Positions 11,974-24,646 of a stretch of DNA of 64,000 bases are shown one piece after another. The notes under the pieces are model-generated. The model made no database searches, was not told the origin of the DNA, and worked only from the letters and a program-made list of their open reading frames with translations. Origin of the DNA: Octopus sinensis (lineage: Eukaryota); the NCBI RefSeq assembly GCF_006345805.1, contig NC_043003.1:86676001-86740000 (forward strand), read 5' to 3'. Positions within the stretch are counted from its first letter, which is position 1; each line of letters begins with the position of its first letter. Position numbers and translations under genes: made by a program.

Positions 11974-13722
11974 GTGTATGTATATATATATATATATGTG
12001 TGTGTATGTGCGCGCGAGGGTTATAGAGAGACCGTGTGAGCGTTACACATCCATATAAATGTATAATATACATCAGCCGAGAGAATACTTTGAGCCGTAT
12101 AGACGTCCTCGGGAAATAAAGAAAATAACCTTTTTTCACCAGATAAGAATAGACATCCGATTTAGTCAGATTTTACATTGATCAAATTACCGCAGCAAAG
12201 AAGCAGGATATAAGAAAATGGTTTATTAAAGCCATAATCTTTTAATTTCTTAAGAGTCTGAAATTGTAAATTATACTCCTTTTGCTTTCCCTACTTTTCT
12301 TTTTGTTATCCACGCATATAATTCATTTTAATGGTTACGAATACATTTAATCTCTGAATAATTGAGAGGAATGTATATTCTAACACATACGGAAACATTC
12401 ATTGGTGACGGAGGGTTGGGGCTGGCAGGCCATCAAATATTGTAAGTTACAGATCAGGAAACCATAAATCGAACCAAGTCTCTACGAGGTCATTGGATTT
12501 GCTTGAAGTAGCTCACTTTTTTTTTCAAATCAATCTATTATCGTAAGAATGAACGGACTCGAGTAACGGGTTCCTTGACATATTGTATGGATAAGAACAA
12601 AATGGTCATGGTTGGAAGGCCTTTGATCATCGGTCTGCTAAAGGAATGTAAACAACAGCTATTTATAAAAACTTAAAATATTGCTATTTGGCAAGTTCGC
12701 AAAGTTATCAGCAATTGACCAAAGATATAAAATATGGTGTGTGTACGATGAAATAGCATTTATGTGTATGATTAATTATAGTTAATTATAGTTACTTTTT
12801 TTTGGCATTATGATTACAGATAAGCCTCGCTTTATGGAAGCATTGCATTAATGAACATTTTGTCGAAATGTGGAGTTCCGTAACGTGGAACGTATGTTTT
12901 CATTGATTCTACTGTTCATTGAATACAAGACCAAAAACAGATTTTACGTTAAAAAAATACTACGTTACGAAAATATATTCGAAAGAACAGCATTCTGTAA
13001 TGTGTGGGTTGCCTGTTTTTCTGTTTAGCTGAAATTGTATCTTCTGAAATCATTTTGATTTCTAAAATAGACACAGGCCTCAAATTTTACGGGAAGGTGG
13101 ACACAGTCAATTAAATCGATTCCATCCTTTGGCTGGTATTTTATTTTATTCACCGCGAAAGGTTGCAAGGCCTTCCGTAATTGATGGATTAAAACTTACC
13201 TAACAGCACATGACAACTAAGCATCTGGCGCACAATAAACTCAATGCTTTCTCTCACTATTGCGGCACTGATTTTTTGTTGTTCTGATTCAGCAAATGGT
13301 GTAGCACCGGCCTACAGGAGCACTCGATACAGCTGCTTTCCACACCTCCAATCAGGGTTCACTGTATTTCGTTTTTGAAACTTCACATAAAATAATTTTC
13401 TCAATATTTCCTTCCTGGGATTATATTTCTCTGAAAAACTCTCTGCGAAATATTGTAATCTGTCTTTCTCGTTCACTTCCGGGGCGGTTTCGTGTCGCCT
13501 AGTTTTTAAGTATATTGTATCTTTTTTAACACTATACGTCTTTCAAGGGACCTCCCTTAGACGAAATACCACAACTGAAAGCGTTTAGCAAGATGCATAC
13601 GTTAAGCATATGATATTGATAATTTCTCTACTCCCTTTAATGATCAACTATAGTTTCCATTTAAAAGCATGAAATATGAAGAGATTTCATGATGAATAGA
13701 CCTCAATATTAGTTTCTAATTA

Positions 13723-13858
13723 CCGCCGGGGCTGACTTTGCCTTTTATCCTTTCGGAATCGATAAAAAACGTGCCAGTTGAGCACAGAGGTCGATGTAAG
13801 CGACTTTCCATATCCCCCGAACTTGCTATCCGTGTATCAAAATTTGAAACCAATATTG
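13723..13858 (+). mobile_element. SINE family B central and 3' fragment
   Basis: gactttgccttttatcctttcggaatcgataaaaaacgtgccagttgagcac...aaaatttgaaaccaatat. Confidence 0.65.
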
Positions 13859-14205
13859 ATTTCTAATTTCAGTACAAAGCTTATACATTTTAGGGAGACA
13901 TGGACACACGTGTAACCGATGTATACCGACAACGGAATTTCAGTGGTACATAGTTAATCGACACGAGAAATGCTCGATTTCGATAGGAAGTTCAAACAGA
14001 ATATTATGAGAAGTAACTAAATAGTAAAATATATTTTGATCAGAACTTTACTGTTTCTGGCAACTCCTAAATATTACTGTAATATTGATGTCATACAATT
14101 TACATTACACGATGCTATAGTATAAACAATATCAAAAATAGTGGGGATGACACAAATACTAAACGTTGACTACAGATCTTGATGCTTGTACTTTTCGGAA
14201 GATAT

Positions 14206-14271
<66 letters not shown>

Positions 14272-15280
14272 CAAGTAAATTGTTTTCAGGGCATATTTTA
14301 TCATTCTTTCGCTCTTTTGAATGTTCTAAACATGAAATAGATTGCCGCGCTCTTTGCAGTATTAAGTTTTGCCGCTAAATATTCTGATTTTAAAACCTGA
14401 CATACATAACTACATTTGCCTTTCATCTTATAAAGCTCATTAAAATAAATATCAATAAAACACCGGAGTGGATTCAATAGATTGCGTTGGTCGTGTACCT
14501 GAATGAAAGAAATCAATATTAAGAGCAGCCTGATAATTATATGCCAACACCGAATTTCTGATATGGGAGTTATGGAAGGTGGTATGACAACGGGATAAAT
14601 CTAAATTTTGCCCAGTTATAATATTTTACTATATATAACATAAATTCTATGAAACTATAAAAAAAATTTATATTTTTTGCTGCTATTTGTGAAATCTTTT
14701 TAAACCATTTATTCGCATTTCTAATGGTTCTGTTCCTGTTGCAATTCTATAGTTCGCTATGTTTATAATTGTCATCTGCAGCTGCTGGATGAAGCAAAAA
14801 AAATGTGTCAAAAATATAATGCTGAATAATCATTAAAATTAAACGATATTGAAAACAGCAATAATAATTGGAACTAGACTTTTCAATTGATTTCCCTGTT
14901 TGTAAATGTCGCGAACAATATTCATGAGAAGAATCAAGAATAGCTAAGTCATTTTTTTTCTCTCAAATTAGCTTGCTACAAAAAAAAAAATACTTAAAAG
15001 AATTTAAGAGTTTGCTTCAACAAATAGATATTTATAATGCTTTTTTAAAATTTTCCTAAACCTTGTTAATTATAAATTTGCATTTTCTCAACCATAGTGT
15101 ATGTATTGGCATTTTGTCGGATACATTGATATAAAGGCGTCAGATATCTTTATAAACAAATATACGCATACGTTCTCGATATATGATACAGAGCATAGTC
15201 ATTAGTTACTGGAATAATCAATATCGATATCATGAGCGTTTTACAGACGAAGCTTCACTGTGTTGAGTAAAGATGATCAC

Positions 15281-15511
15281 ACCTATTTCTTTATTACCCA
15301 CAAGGGGCTAAACACAGAGGGGACAAACAAGGACAGACATAGGTATTAAGTTGATTACATCGACCCCAGTGCGTAACTGGTACTTAATTTATCGACCCCG
15401 AAAGGATGAAAGGCAAAGTCGACCTCGGTGGAATTCGAACTCACAACGTAACGCAGACGAAATACCGCTAAGCATTTCGACCGGCGTGCTAACGTTTCTG
15501 CCAGCTCGCCG
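15281..15511 (-). mobile_element. SINE family B, well-preserved copy
   Basis: Minus strand cggcgagctggcagaaacgttagc...gagttcgaattcc (B box) accgaggtcgactttgcctttcatcctttcggggtcgataaattaagtaccag; the central motif resembles the Meta/MESC (Sauria-SINE-like) domain as I recall it. Confidence 0.85.
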
Positions 15512-15633
15512 ATACAAATTAATCAAAATTTAATTATAAATTGGATTATAAAATAATTTATATAGGTTGTTTTAAATGTCTATATCCTTAATATTCATCA
15601 CATAATAAGTGAAGATATGGGTATATATATATA

Positions 15634-15694
<61 letters not shown>

Positions 15695-15887
15695 TATATA
15701 TATTATATATATATATCCGTAAATATTAGAGAGTCAACTTGGATATGTTAACTCTAGTGCTAGAAAGTAGAAATGAAGGTCCGATCGGGAAAAGTCACCG
15801 ACGATAAAGTACACACCGAGACACCCATAGAAATAGCACCAACAACGCAACGCTATGAAATTAAATTATACTACTAAATAATGGATT

Positions 15888-15967
15888 AATGTTGTACAAT
15901 TGTTTCTTCATTAACAAAATGCAGATTATACTTACATAATTGTCTATGATTCATCAGCAAACATTTG
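15888..15967 (-). ncRNA. type I hammerhead ribozyme motif
   Basis: AAUGUUUG-CUGAUGA-AUCAUAGACAA...UUGUUAAUGAA-GAAACAAUUGU-A-CAACAUU: palindromic stem III ACAAUUGU, GUA site, long stem II. Confidence 0.6.
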
Positions 15968-16243
15968 TCAATATAATTGATCAGACCCTTACAAGCGACG
16001 ATCTCATATGGTCCGATCATTACATTCTGTTGTAGTACAAATTTCCCGCCGAAAGTAAATGCTAAGTGGAAGTGAATACCGCATGTAATATTACTGCAGC
16101 ATATCAAACAATACTTAAATAATGAGGGTGAATAAAATTATAGATATTATTCAATAATACCCTTATTTTTGTAACTACAAAGAATGTAATTGATCGGACA
16201 TATGAGAATCGTCGCTTGTAAGGGTCTGATCAATTATATGGAC

Positions 16244-16324
16244 AAATGTTGCTGATGAATCATAACAATATATGTAAGTATAATCTGCATTTTGTTAATG
16301 AAGAAAACAACATTGTACAACATT
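16244..16324 (+). ncRNA. second copy of the same hammerhead motif (inverted arm)
   Basis: AAUGUUG-CUGAUGA...GAAAACAACAUUGU-A-CAACAUU: perfect 7-bp stem I, small indels in stem III. Confidence 0.5.
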
Positions 16325-16619
16325 AATCCATTTTAGTAGTAATTTAATTTATAGCGTTGATTGTGGTGCTATTTCTATGTGGATTTATCGTCGGCGACTT
16401 TTACCGATCGCGACCTATTTATAGACACTAGAGTTACATATTCAAAGTGACTCTCTAATATTTACGGATAATATGAATTTGTGTCCCCGGTTTTTTGTGC
16501 TAGTTCGCTTGGTGTTAAAATAAGGGTATTATTGAATTAATATCTATAATTTTATTCACCCTCATTATTTAATATATATATATATATTATATATAATATA
16601 TATATTATATATATATATA

Positions 16620-17083
16620 CGAGCAAAAAACCCCGTCCAATGGACGGTACTGAGTTGTCAAACATTAAACCATGTTTTCTCAAACAACTTGTCCGACCGT
16701 CCCATAGGCCTCCCCTTTGAGAAACATGATTTAACCAAATTTGAGACACCAGCAAAGAAGAATAAAGATAGACTTTTTTTCTATTCCAAAGAAAAACGAT
16801 TTTATTCACACAAATATGCAACTGAAGAGTTTAAAGTACCAGTAATAATAAGGCTGTTGACTGGGAGAACACAAACATGGTTTAAACAGTAAGATTGTCA
16901 CGTTCCCACGGCTTTATCGATCGAATTCTCGCCTGGAATCGATTTTTATAATTTTTTCAAGACTTATACACGCCTTGATACCGTCGGTATCTACATATCA
17001 AATTAGAGCGCAATCGGATGGAGGATGTTCTAGATCCTAGAAGACACACACACAGACAGACAGAACGGATTTTATTTAATAGA
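16620..17083 (-). mobile_element. non-autonomous Helitron-type element
   Basis: Minus strand starts A|TCTATTAAATAAAA..ctgtctgtctgtgtg and ends with the hairpin CCGTCC-att-GGACGG followed by CTCG|T; homologous copy at 50319-51375. Confidence 0.7.
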
Positions 17084-19281
17084 TATATATTGATATTGAT
17101 ATTGATAATGAAAGGATCATGATTATAGTAAATAAATCTCAATCAGCTTCGACGATATGTGTTCAGTTGTTCGACCGACTAACTTATATATTCACTAAAT
17201 TAACATGGAGGTAACTGAGTATTCCAGGGACGCGTGCGCCCAATAATCCCAGACAGAATCAACGAAACAGTGCGACAAGGCTGATCCTTTGAATTACTGT
17301 TGTAGTCCATCCGGCCGGCTTTTCGTCTATACAGATATTATGCCTCAGATGTCGCGTTATCTGATCAAACAGGAGCCCTCATTATTGCGAAGCGAATTTC
17401 TTAACCATTCAACCACTGTTAAGAATAACGAAGTATGCATGCATTCAATTGTTTTCTTTGTATCACGTGTCTAACTCCCGCTCTTAATTCACTGGGAATA
17501 AATTCATGGTCGATTTCATGCTCACACTTTTTACCAACACTGATATTTTCTATTTTCTACAACTTTGTATATTTTGAAGTAGATGTCCGTGATATACCCC
17601 AACAGAGATTTGATCAATCAGTACTTTATAGTGTTTCAAAATTTTTATTTTCTCTTTTTTTTTGTTAGCCTGTTATAATGTTTGGTAACCGAGTTCTCTA
17701 GGTCATGAAATTTTCAATAAAGTAATGATGGCTTTATTCCTTTAGTTTGAAGTATTTATTTGAAATATTCCAGGGAGACTGGTAATGGTTATAGCAATCC
17801 TTTGAATCTCAATTTTTCCTGATGGTCCTTTAGCTCGTGTGTACTGTGTGTGTGTGTCAGTGTACATGTGTGTGTGTGTTTATGTATGTATGTATGTATG
17901 TATGTATGTATGTATGTATGTATTGATATATAATATACAATGATGCAGGAAGCAGCATTGACTAAAATGTAATCGTGTAAAATCATATTTAACACTTTTG
18001 AGTGTGTTCGAGCGCGAAAAGATCTTGGGCTACGGAAACAGTTCTCGGAGAAAATTCTCCCAGACATATGTGGAAACACATATTGGGCTAAGAACGACAT
18101 TATTGGATCGTAAAACGCATGCGTTCTTTTGTTTTTGCCTCGTCGACTGCGAACGGCAACAGCCCGATTAGAACAAAGTTATTCTTATTCTAACACCACG
18201 GTACGTTTGCTCGTGTACGTAAAGCTTGATCAAGCTAAATTGAATAATTAATATTGCACGAAGCACCGTTGAATAAAACGTTTTCGGGTAAATTAACGTT
18301 TAACATGGTCGAGTGCATTCGAATGTGAGAAGACCTTCCGCTGCGAAAAAAGTCCCGGGAAAATTTCTTCTCTTAGCTGTGTGAAAACATTTTCGGCTGT
18401 GACTGGCGTTGTTAGGTCGTAGAGTGGTAGGATTTGAATTCAGTGCACAGATTATCAAGACAAATATCGTGAGGCATTCCATTCGTCACTCTACAGAAAT
18501 TAGCCAAGGGTTGTTTCATACTAATATTTTAGAATTCCTTCGGTGGAAATCATGGCTATGCACATGACATGTATACATCATTTCAGAAGGATCTCTGCAA
18601 ACTACCATGTAGTGCAATAACGAGAAATATCGAGAAGTTCTCAGTCAAATACTTCAAGGATTGATCACTATCTCGTCACTAATATTTAGCTGGGATTTTT
18701 TCAACAAACTATAAAACAAACAACTGAGAAACTTCTGTATGGGCCCTCAAACACACCCTACTGTTTTACATGAAGACGAGACAGTAGATAATGTAACAGA
18801 GATAATTTAATAATGCATGCACCAAAAAGGTCAACTCGATCAAGATTGATCTGGGCTGAAACTGTAAAATAAATGAAAAGAACGAAAAATGTTTTGTGCG
18901 TTAGCCTGGGAGTTTCTAACTTAATTGCTTGACCAACTAGAAACGATAGTCAAATGCACATCAAATTACCCCTTATCGCCTTAATAAATGTAAGACATTA
19001 AATAATGTAGTTCTAAATATACTGTGTCTATGAAACAGATTGAATGATAACATCTCACTTGTGTGAACAATAACAAGTACAATAACAGCAAGAGAAGATT
19101 GACAATGTTGGTTCAGCTCAATAAATCATACATGAAATCACCGTAGATCATGACATTCTTCTTATGATCACACATCAATAACAGTTAAAACATCGTAACT
19201 CTTTAGAGTAAAAATATAACACTGAACAAGGTGACTTACATTCAGAATACTGTTTCTCATATTGGAAACGGAACCGCTGCT

Positions 19282-19337
<56 letters not shown>

Positions 19338-19511
19338 GCACATACACACATACACACATACATATGCACACATAAATTCTCTCTCTGCCTTCCTCCTTCT
19401 TTCTTTCTCACCAGTAAACAGTTAACCGATTGATTACATTTACTGACCAAAATGTACTACAGTGACCAACACACCGGCATCCAACCGTTAAAGAAGGAAG
19501 ACATAGGTGAT

Positions 19512-19512
<1 letters not shown>

Positions 19513-19597
<85 letters not shown>
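19513..19597. repeat. (GATA)n microsatellite
   Basis: Direct reading. Confidence 0.95.
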
Positions 19598-19598
<1 letters not shown>

Positions 19599-19613
19599 GT
19601 AAGTAGCTAGTTA

Positions 19614-19650
<37 letters not shown>

Positions 19651-19998
19651 CAGCTATTTTTGTATTCATAGGAAAATAAATTCACATATGCACACAATTC
19701 ATACACGCTCGTGTTATGTTGATCACTAAGAAACGGCTAGTACCATTCTCTGTGATGTCTTCCGTTGATTCTGTCACGTACTATTTCTATACTGAATCAC
19801 AATGTTCTGAAGCAGATATTGTAAAAGTTGAAACAGCTGAATAATGACGTGAAGTAATGCATTACGGTTAAGGAGAGAAATGAAACACGAATTATACGTT
19901 ATGTTGAAATGTGTCATAGATATAGTTTTATGTTTTTCTAGCACGGACCAAGACACTTATCTCAACGAAATTATGAAACAGTTTACTTTCATATATAT

Positions 19999-20042
<44 letters not shown>

Positions 20043-20250
20043 GAATAGAAAGGATGATAATCTTGTTGCAGATTAATCAAAGTTTAACCGATACCCTTGG
20101 TACAAAAAATCACAGCAGAAGACGCACGGTTGGAGGTACAACCATATGGTGTTGCAACCGTGCGTTGGTGCGGATAATTGAATTTTAATATTATTAGTGA
20201 ATTGAAGAAATGGAGTTGAACGAAGATTGAACAGAAATTGTTTTATTGCA

Positions 20251-20330
20251 TTCTACACGTGTTTCGAAAGGCACAATTTACCATATTCCGATTGAATAAG
20301 GAGACCATATTGTGTCTTTCTCTTCAGGAA
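20251..20330 (-). ncRNA. type I hammerhead ribozyme motif
   Basis: UUC-CUGAAGA-GAAAGACACAAU...AUUGUGCCUUUC-GAAACACGUGU-A-GAA: 11 of 12 stem II pairs, palindromic ACACGUGU stem III. Confidence 0.75.
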
Positions 20331-20415
20331 GAAATAGGAATTCCTTAGGAGCCTCCTCGTTCGATTTGTTTTGCTGCGCCTCTGTCTGTTTTTGTTCTGC
20401 CAACGGAATTCCTAT

Positions 20416-20497
20416 TTCTTCTGAAGAGAAAGACACAATATGGTCTCCTTATTCAATCGGAATTTGGTAAATTGTGGCTTTCGAAACGTGTAGAAAT
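20416..20497 (+). ncRNA. type I hammerhead ribozyme motif (inverted partner)
   Basis: CUGAAGA 20421-20427, same long stem II, GAAAC 20483-20487, GUA 20490-20492. Confidence 0.68.
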
Positions 20498-20717
20498 GCA
20501 ATAAAAGGATTTCTGTTCAATCTTCGTTCAACTCCATTTCTTCAATTCTTAATAATATTAAAATTCAATTATCCGCACCAACGCACGGTTGCAACACCAT
20601 ATGGTTGTACCTCCCAACCTGCTTTCTTCTGCTGTGATTTTTGCTACCAAGGTATCGGTTAAACTTTTGATTAATCTGCAACAAGATTATTCATCTTTCT
20701 ATTTCACCAAACATATA

Positions 20718-20753
<36 letters not shown>

Positions 20754-20771
20754 GTAAACTGTTTCATAATT

Positions 20772-20823
<52 letters not shown>

Positions 20824-20870
20824 TATATTAATATATATCTATACATAGATATATAATATATATATATATA

Positions 20871-20927
<57 letters not shown>

Positions 20928-21010
20928 TATAGATATATATAATATATATATATATATGAAGTAAACTGTTTCATAATTTATATAGATATATATATATATA
21001 TATATATATA

Positions 21011-21050
<40 letters not shown>

Positions 21051-21836
21051 ATTTCATAGATCTGAAGAAATCATGAATGAAAACTAGAAACTTATTTATA
21101 TGTATGATTCTATAAAAACTGAAGGCAATCACTGAAAAACATGTATATATTGAATATATTACCAAGAAAGTTGCTTATGTGGTTTATTAGACCTAGGTTT
21201 TTATAAAATTAGTGTCTTTATATATATTTTTTTTTTTACCAAAAATAGGTTGACTTGCCAAACTGAATTTAAGAACCTGGTTCAAAAGAGTCTGAAATGA
21301 TAAAAAAAGTAAAATGTGCGTGTCTCAAAATTTAATAAGAACACGAAAAAATAATTTTGAAGATATATGAAACTATACACGAATTGGGTTGGTTAGATTT
21401 AATCTAAGAAGTCAGACTGATTGTTATAAATCCACAGGTAGTTATCGATTTTGCTCCTCATGTTTGTATTCCCTCCTATATTCGATAGATTCTTAGGTTC
21501 ATTAGTAATAAGATTCTGTTTTCAACTATTCCAGAAATATACGTGCATTCCAATTCCTATCGCTTCAAGTTGCACACCACAAAGCTTCGATACTACAGGC
21601 TATACACTACAGCGATCTGACAGAGGCGCGCTAGTGTGGATTCTCGATAAAGATGTGTACCATGTAATCATGTAGTTCCGGTTTCAATCAGTGGGCAGAT
21701 GCATGGGCAAGTGTCTCAGTTGGCCAACCCCTTATGAACAGAAGTTTATGAGCTGGAAATATGTGAGAGCTCGTCTATCTGTTTATACATACATATATAC
21801 ATACATACATTCATACATATATATATATATATTATA

Positions 21837-21893
<57 letters not shown>

Positions 21894-21994
21894 TAAAAAG
21901 TCAATAAAGGTAAACGGAAAAGAAAAATTTTTAAATGCTTGGTTCATTTCATTTGTATTAAAATTGGAATAGTAAAAGATTAAAAGATATATCT

Positions 21995-22480
21995 TTTAAG
22001 GTCGAGCATTATTTAGAAATTTCCATGTAATTTTATAGGATTTATAAGTTTCCAAATAAATTTACTAAATCTTGTGCTATTACGTTTATTAATATTTCGA
22101 AATAGGGCTATAATATCTGTAATATCTATAATAGCTATATCATTGTTAAATAGAATATGAATATAATTAACATTAAATGAACCTCAAATATCAATATATG
22201 TTTTTAATACAACCCCATTTTTACATAAATGTTGTATAAAATATTATATCCCACATTTATGACTATTGGTACTTTTAACCTATTTCAGTATGTAAATATG
22301 AAAATTTAAACTACACGTACGTATTGATATCTCTTTTATCCATATAACTCATAGATATATTACTAAAATGAAACACAAGCTATTTTTCAGTTTTTAAATA
22401 TCGAATGATATTAGTACACATACATATGAAATAAAGGAAGATCACTAGTTACTAAAATTTTGACCTAGGGAATTTATCCT
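21995..22480 (-). mobile_element. degenerate Penelope-like (PLE) ORF remnant, GIY-YIG C-terminal region
   Basis: Minus strand NKRNSTRFSKFIWKL and KITWKFLNNARP resemble the PLE NSTxLSKYIWxLK...IxWxIL motifs; the upstream extent is uncertain. Confidence 0.55.
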
Positions 22481-22839
22481 GTAACACTGTTTTCAATTTC
22501 TTTAGCATTTCGCAACGTTAATATAGTTTATATACACCTTATATTTAAATACAAAATATTTTTTCTTCGAACACCGGAAATTATGTCTTAACTAATTCAA
22601 TTCCTAAATAACACCAGTGTTATTCACCAATCTTTATTTACATTTCCCAATATGATTTTTGCATATTACACCCCTCACGATAAGCTACATCCGTCTTTCT
22701 ACCACCTCTCTCACATAATCATTTATAAATATATATATTATATATAAATATAAATATTATATATATATATGTGTGTGTATGTATGTATGTGTTTGTATGT
22801 ATGTATGTATGTATGTATGTATGTATGTATGTATGTATG

Positions 22840-22890
<51 letters not shown>

Positions 22891-22913
22891 ATATCTATCT
22901 ATGTACGTATGTA

Positions 22914-23784
22914 TTAGGTTGTTCAGAAAATACTGTCCGATTTTTCGAAAACAGTTTTTAAAATTCGATTTAAGATGTTATTTTTGTAGAGTCTTAGACG
23001 AAATTTTACATACTTAATCGGTGTGTACTCCTTAATAAAATTCTATTGATTGCTTTCAGAATATAATTTTGAATCGTAGAAATACTTAATTTCGAATAAG
23101 AAAAAAAAGAAATACGTTTACTTTTTTTGCATGAATTCAATCTTGGGAATAATGCTTCCCAAAACAGCCGCCGATGTCAATAGAGCAAAGGGTGAAGTGT
23201 CCGCTAGTTATTGGACGGTACTACGGTGGTTTGAGAGATTTCATAGTGGGGTTGAGAGCCTTGAAGATCAAGAAGGTAAAGGACGTCTATCCACCATTGA
23301 TGATCGGCATTTGAAAACAATACAGCTTTCTGGAACCTAACCAGAGCATTACATCAGAAGTTTACAGTAATCAGCTGGAACAAATGCATGTAGATTTGAG
23401 CAATATGAGACCTGCAGTTGTCAATTGACATGAGCCAATTCTGCTCCACGACAACGCTCGACCGCCGTTTCTAGGATGACACCCGCAGAAGCTCATGGAC
23501 TTGGGATACGAAATTTTAACACATCCTCCATATTCCCCCGATCTTTCACCCACCAACAACCACTTTTACAAGCATCTGGGCACTTTTTAAGGCAAAAAAA
23601 CTTCCGTTCCAAAACCGAGGTCGAAACTGAATTGAAAGATTTCTTGACATCAAATCCTTTGGATTTTTATCGAAGAGGCATATATGACCTTGTTAAGCGA
23701 TGTGAGAGACTCATAACTCTTCGAAGATCATATTTTGAATAGTTAAGCCTATGTATAAGATCAATTATTTTCCGAATAACCTAG
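22914..23784 (+). mobile_element. mariner element, internally deleted pseudogene with degenerate TIRs
   Basis: TIRs ttaggttgttcagaaaata / tattttccgaataacctag; WFERFHSGVESLEDQEGKGR, LLHDNARP, HPPYSPDLSP, DFYRRGIYDLVKRCE. Confidence 0.85.
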
Positions 23785-24467
23785 CAGTTTTATTTTTGTT
23801 TTCATCTTTTGTTTTCATTTCGTAAGATTATATCGAAAGCCATTATGCCTTGGATATTTTGTCTTTAGCTGTTAGCTATATTTTTCCTTCTTTAACAAAT
23901 CCACCTGCATTTATGAAAATGTTTGTTGTTTTGCTGAGCATATTTCTTGTTTAAAAGTCTACTATTCTTTAGTTGTTGACTTTGCATAGAAATATGACGT
24001 CATACTTCCTGCCTCTTTTTAATGATATAAACATTTTTGGGTCAGTTGAACTGGTCATACTACCTGTGACCGTCAAATAACCTTATTAAATAAAAAGAAC
24101 AAATATCATCAAGAGCAAAATATCGAAATAAGGCAAGAAATAGAATGATGAGAATCTGATAGAAGCAACGAACTAAGCAAAATTAATCAAAAATATAGAA
24201 TATTAGAAAACAGAATTGCGAACAAAATGGACTACAAAATCCAAATAAGACGCCTAAATAAAAAAGAAAGAAGTAGTAGGAATTCTACTCGCCTGCTGAT
24301 CGTTGTGGCTAGAAACTTGTGTAGTTAGGAAAAATTTAATTAGTAGTGTATATGTGAATATATGTGTAAAATGAGCCGTATTTAATATAAAATGGATACA
24401 TTACACACACAGAAGCACAAGCACACACACACACATACACAAGCACACGCACACACACACACACACA

Positions 24468-24529
<62 letters not shown>

Positions 24530-24530
24530 C

Positions 24531-24645
24531 AGGGGTTGGAAAAATAATGGAAAATCCTAGCATCATAACATCATAATATTGAAATTATCTATAAAAACGT
24601 CAAAAGCTTGTTTATTTTTATGTATTTTATTTACTATTATGCGCC
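24531..24645 (+). mobile_element. isolated Tc1-type terminal fragment
   Basis: TA|CAGGGGTTGGAAAAATAATGGAAA is a typical Tc1-family TIR start; no partner TIR found. Confidence 0.5.
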
Positions 24646-24646
24646 A

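Larger units (their letters stand above)
15715..16572. repeat. complex inverted duplication A-X-B-A'-Y-B' between two (TA)n tracts
   Basis: A 15715-16041 is the reverse complement of A' 16168-16469; B 16115-16170 is the reverse complement of B' 16517-16572. Confidence 0.9.
20040..20710. repeat. fold-back inverted repeat (~300-bp arms, ~60-bp spacer) between (TA)n tracts
   Basis: 20040-20343 is the reverse complement of 20405-20710, with scattered small indels. Confidence 0.92.

Noticed and set aside
11469-12039. Two ORFs on opposite strands with identical N-termini (MEGVCKPFKK...)
   Set aside because: An automatic consequence of the inverted repeat; not genes.
13474-13487. Adjacent ETS-like (CACTTCCGG) and GC-box (GGGGCGG) motifs
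   Set aside because: Short motifs with no downstream exon or CpG island; cannot support a promoter call.
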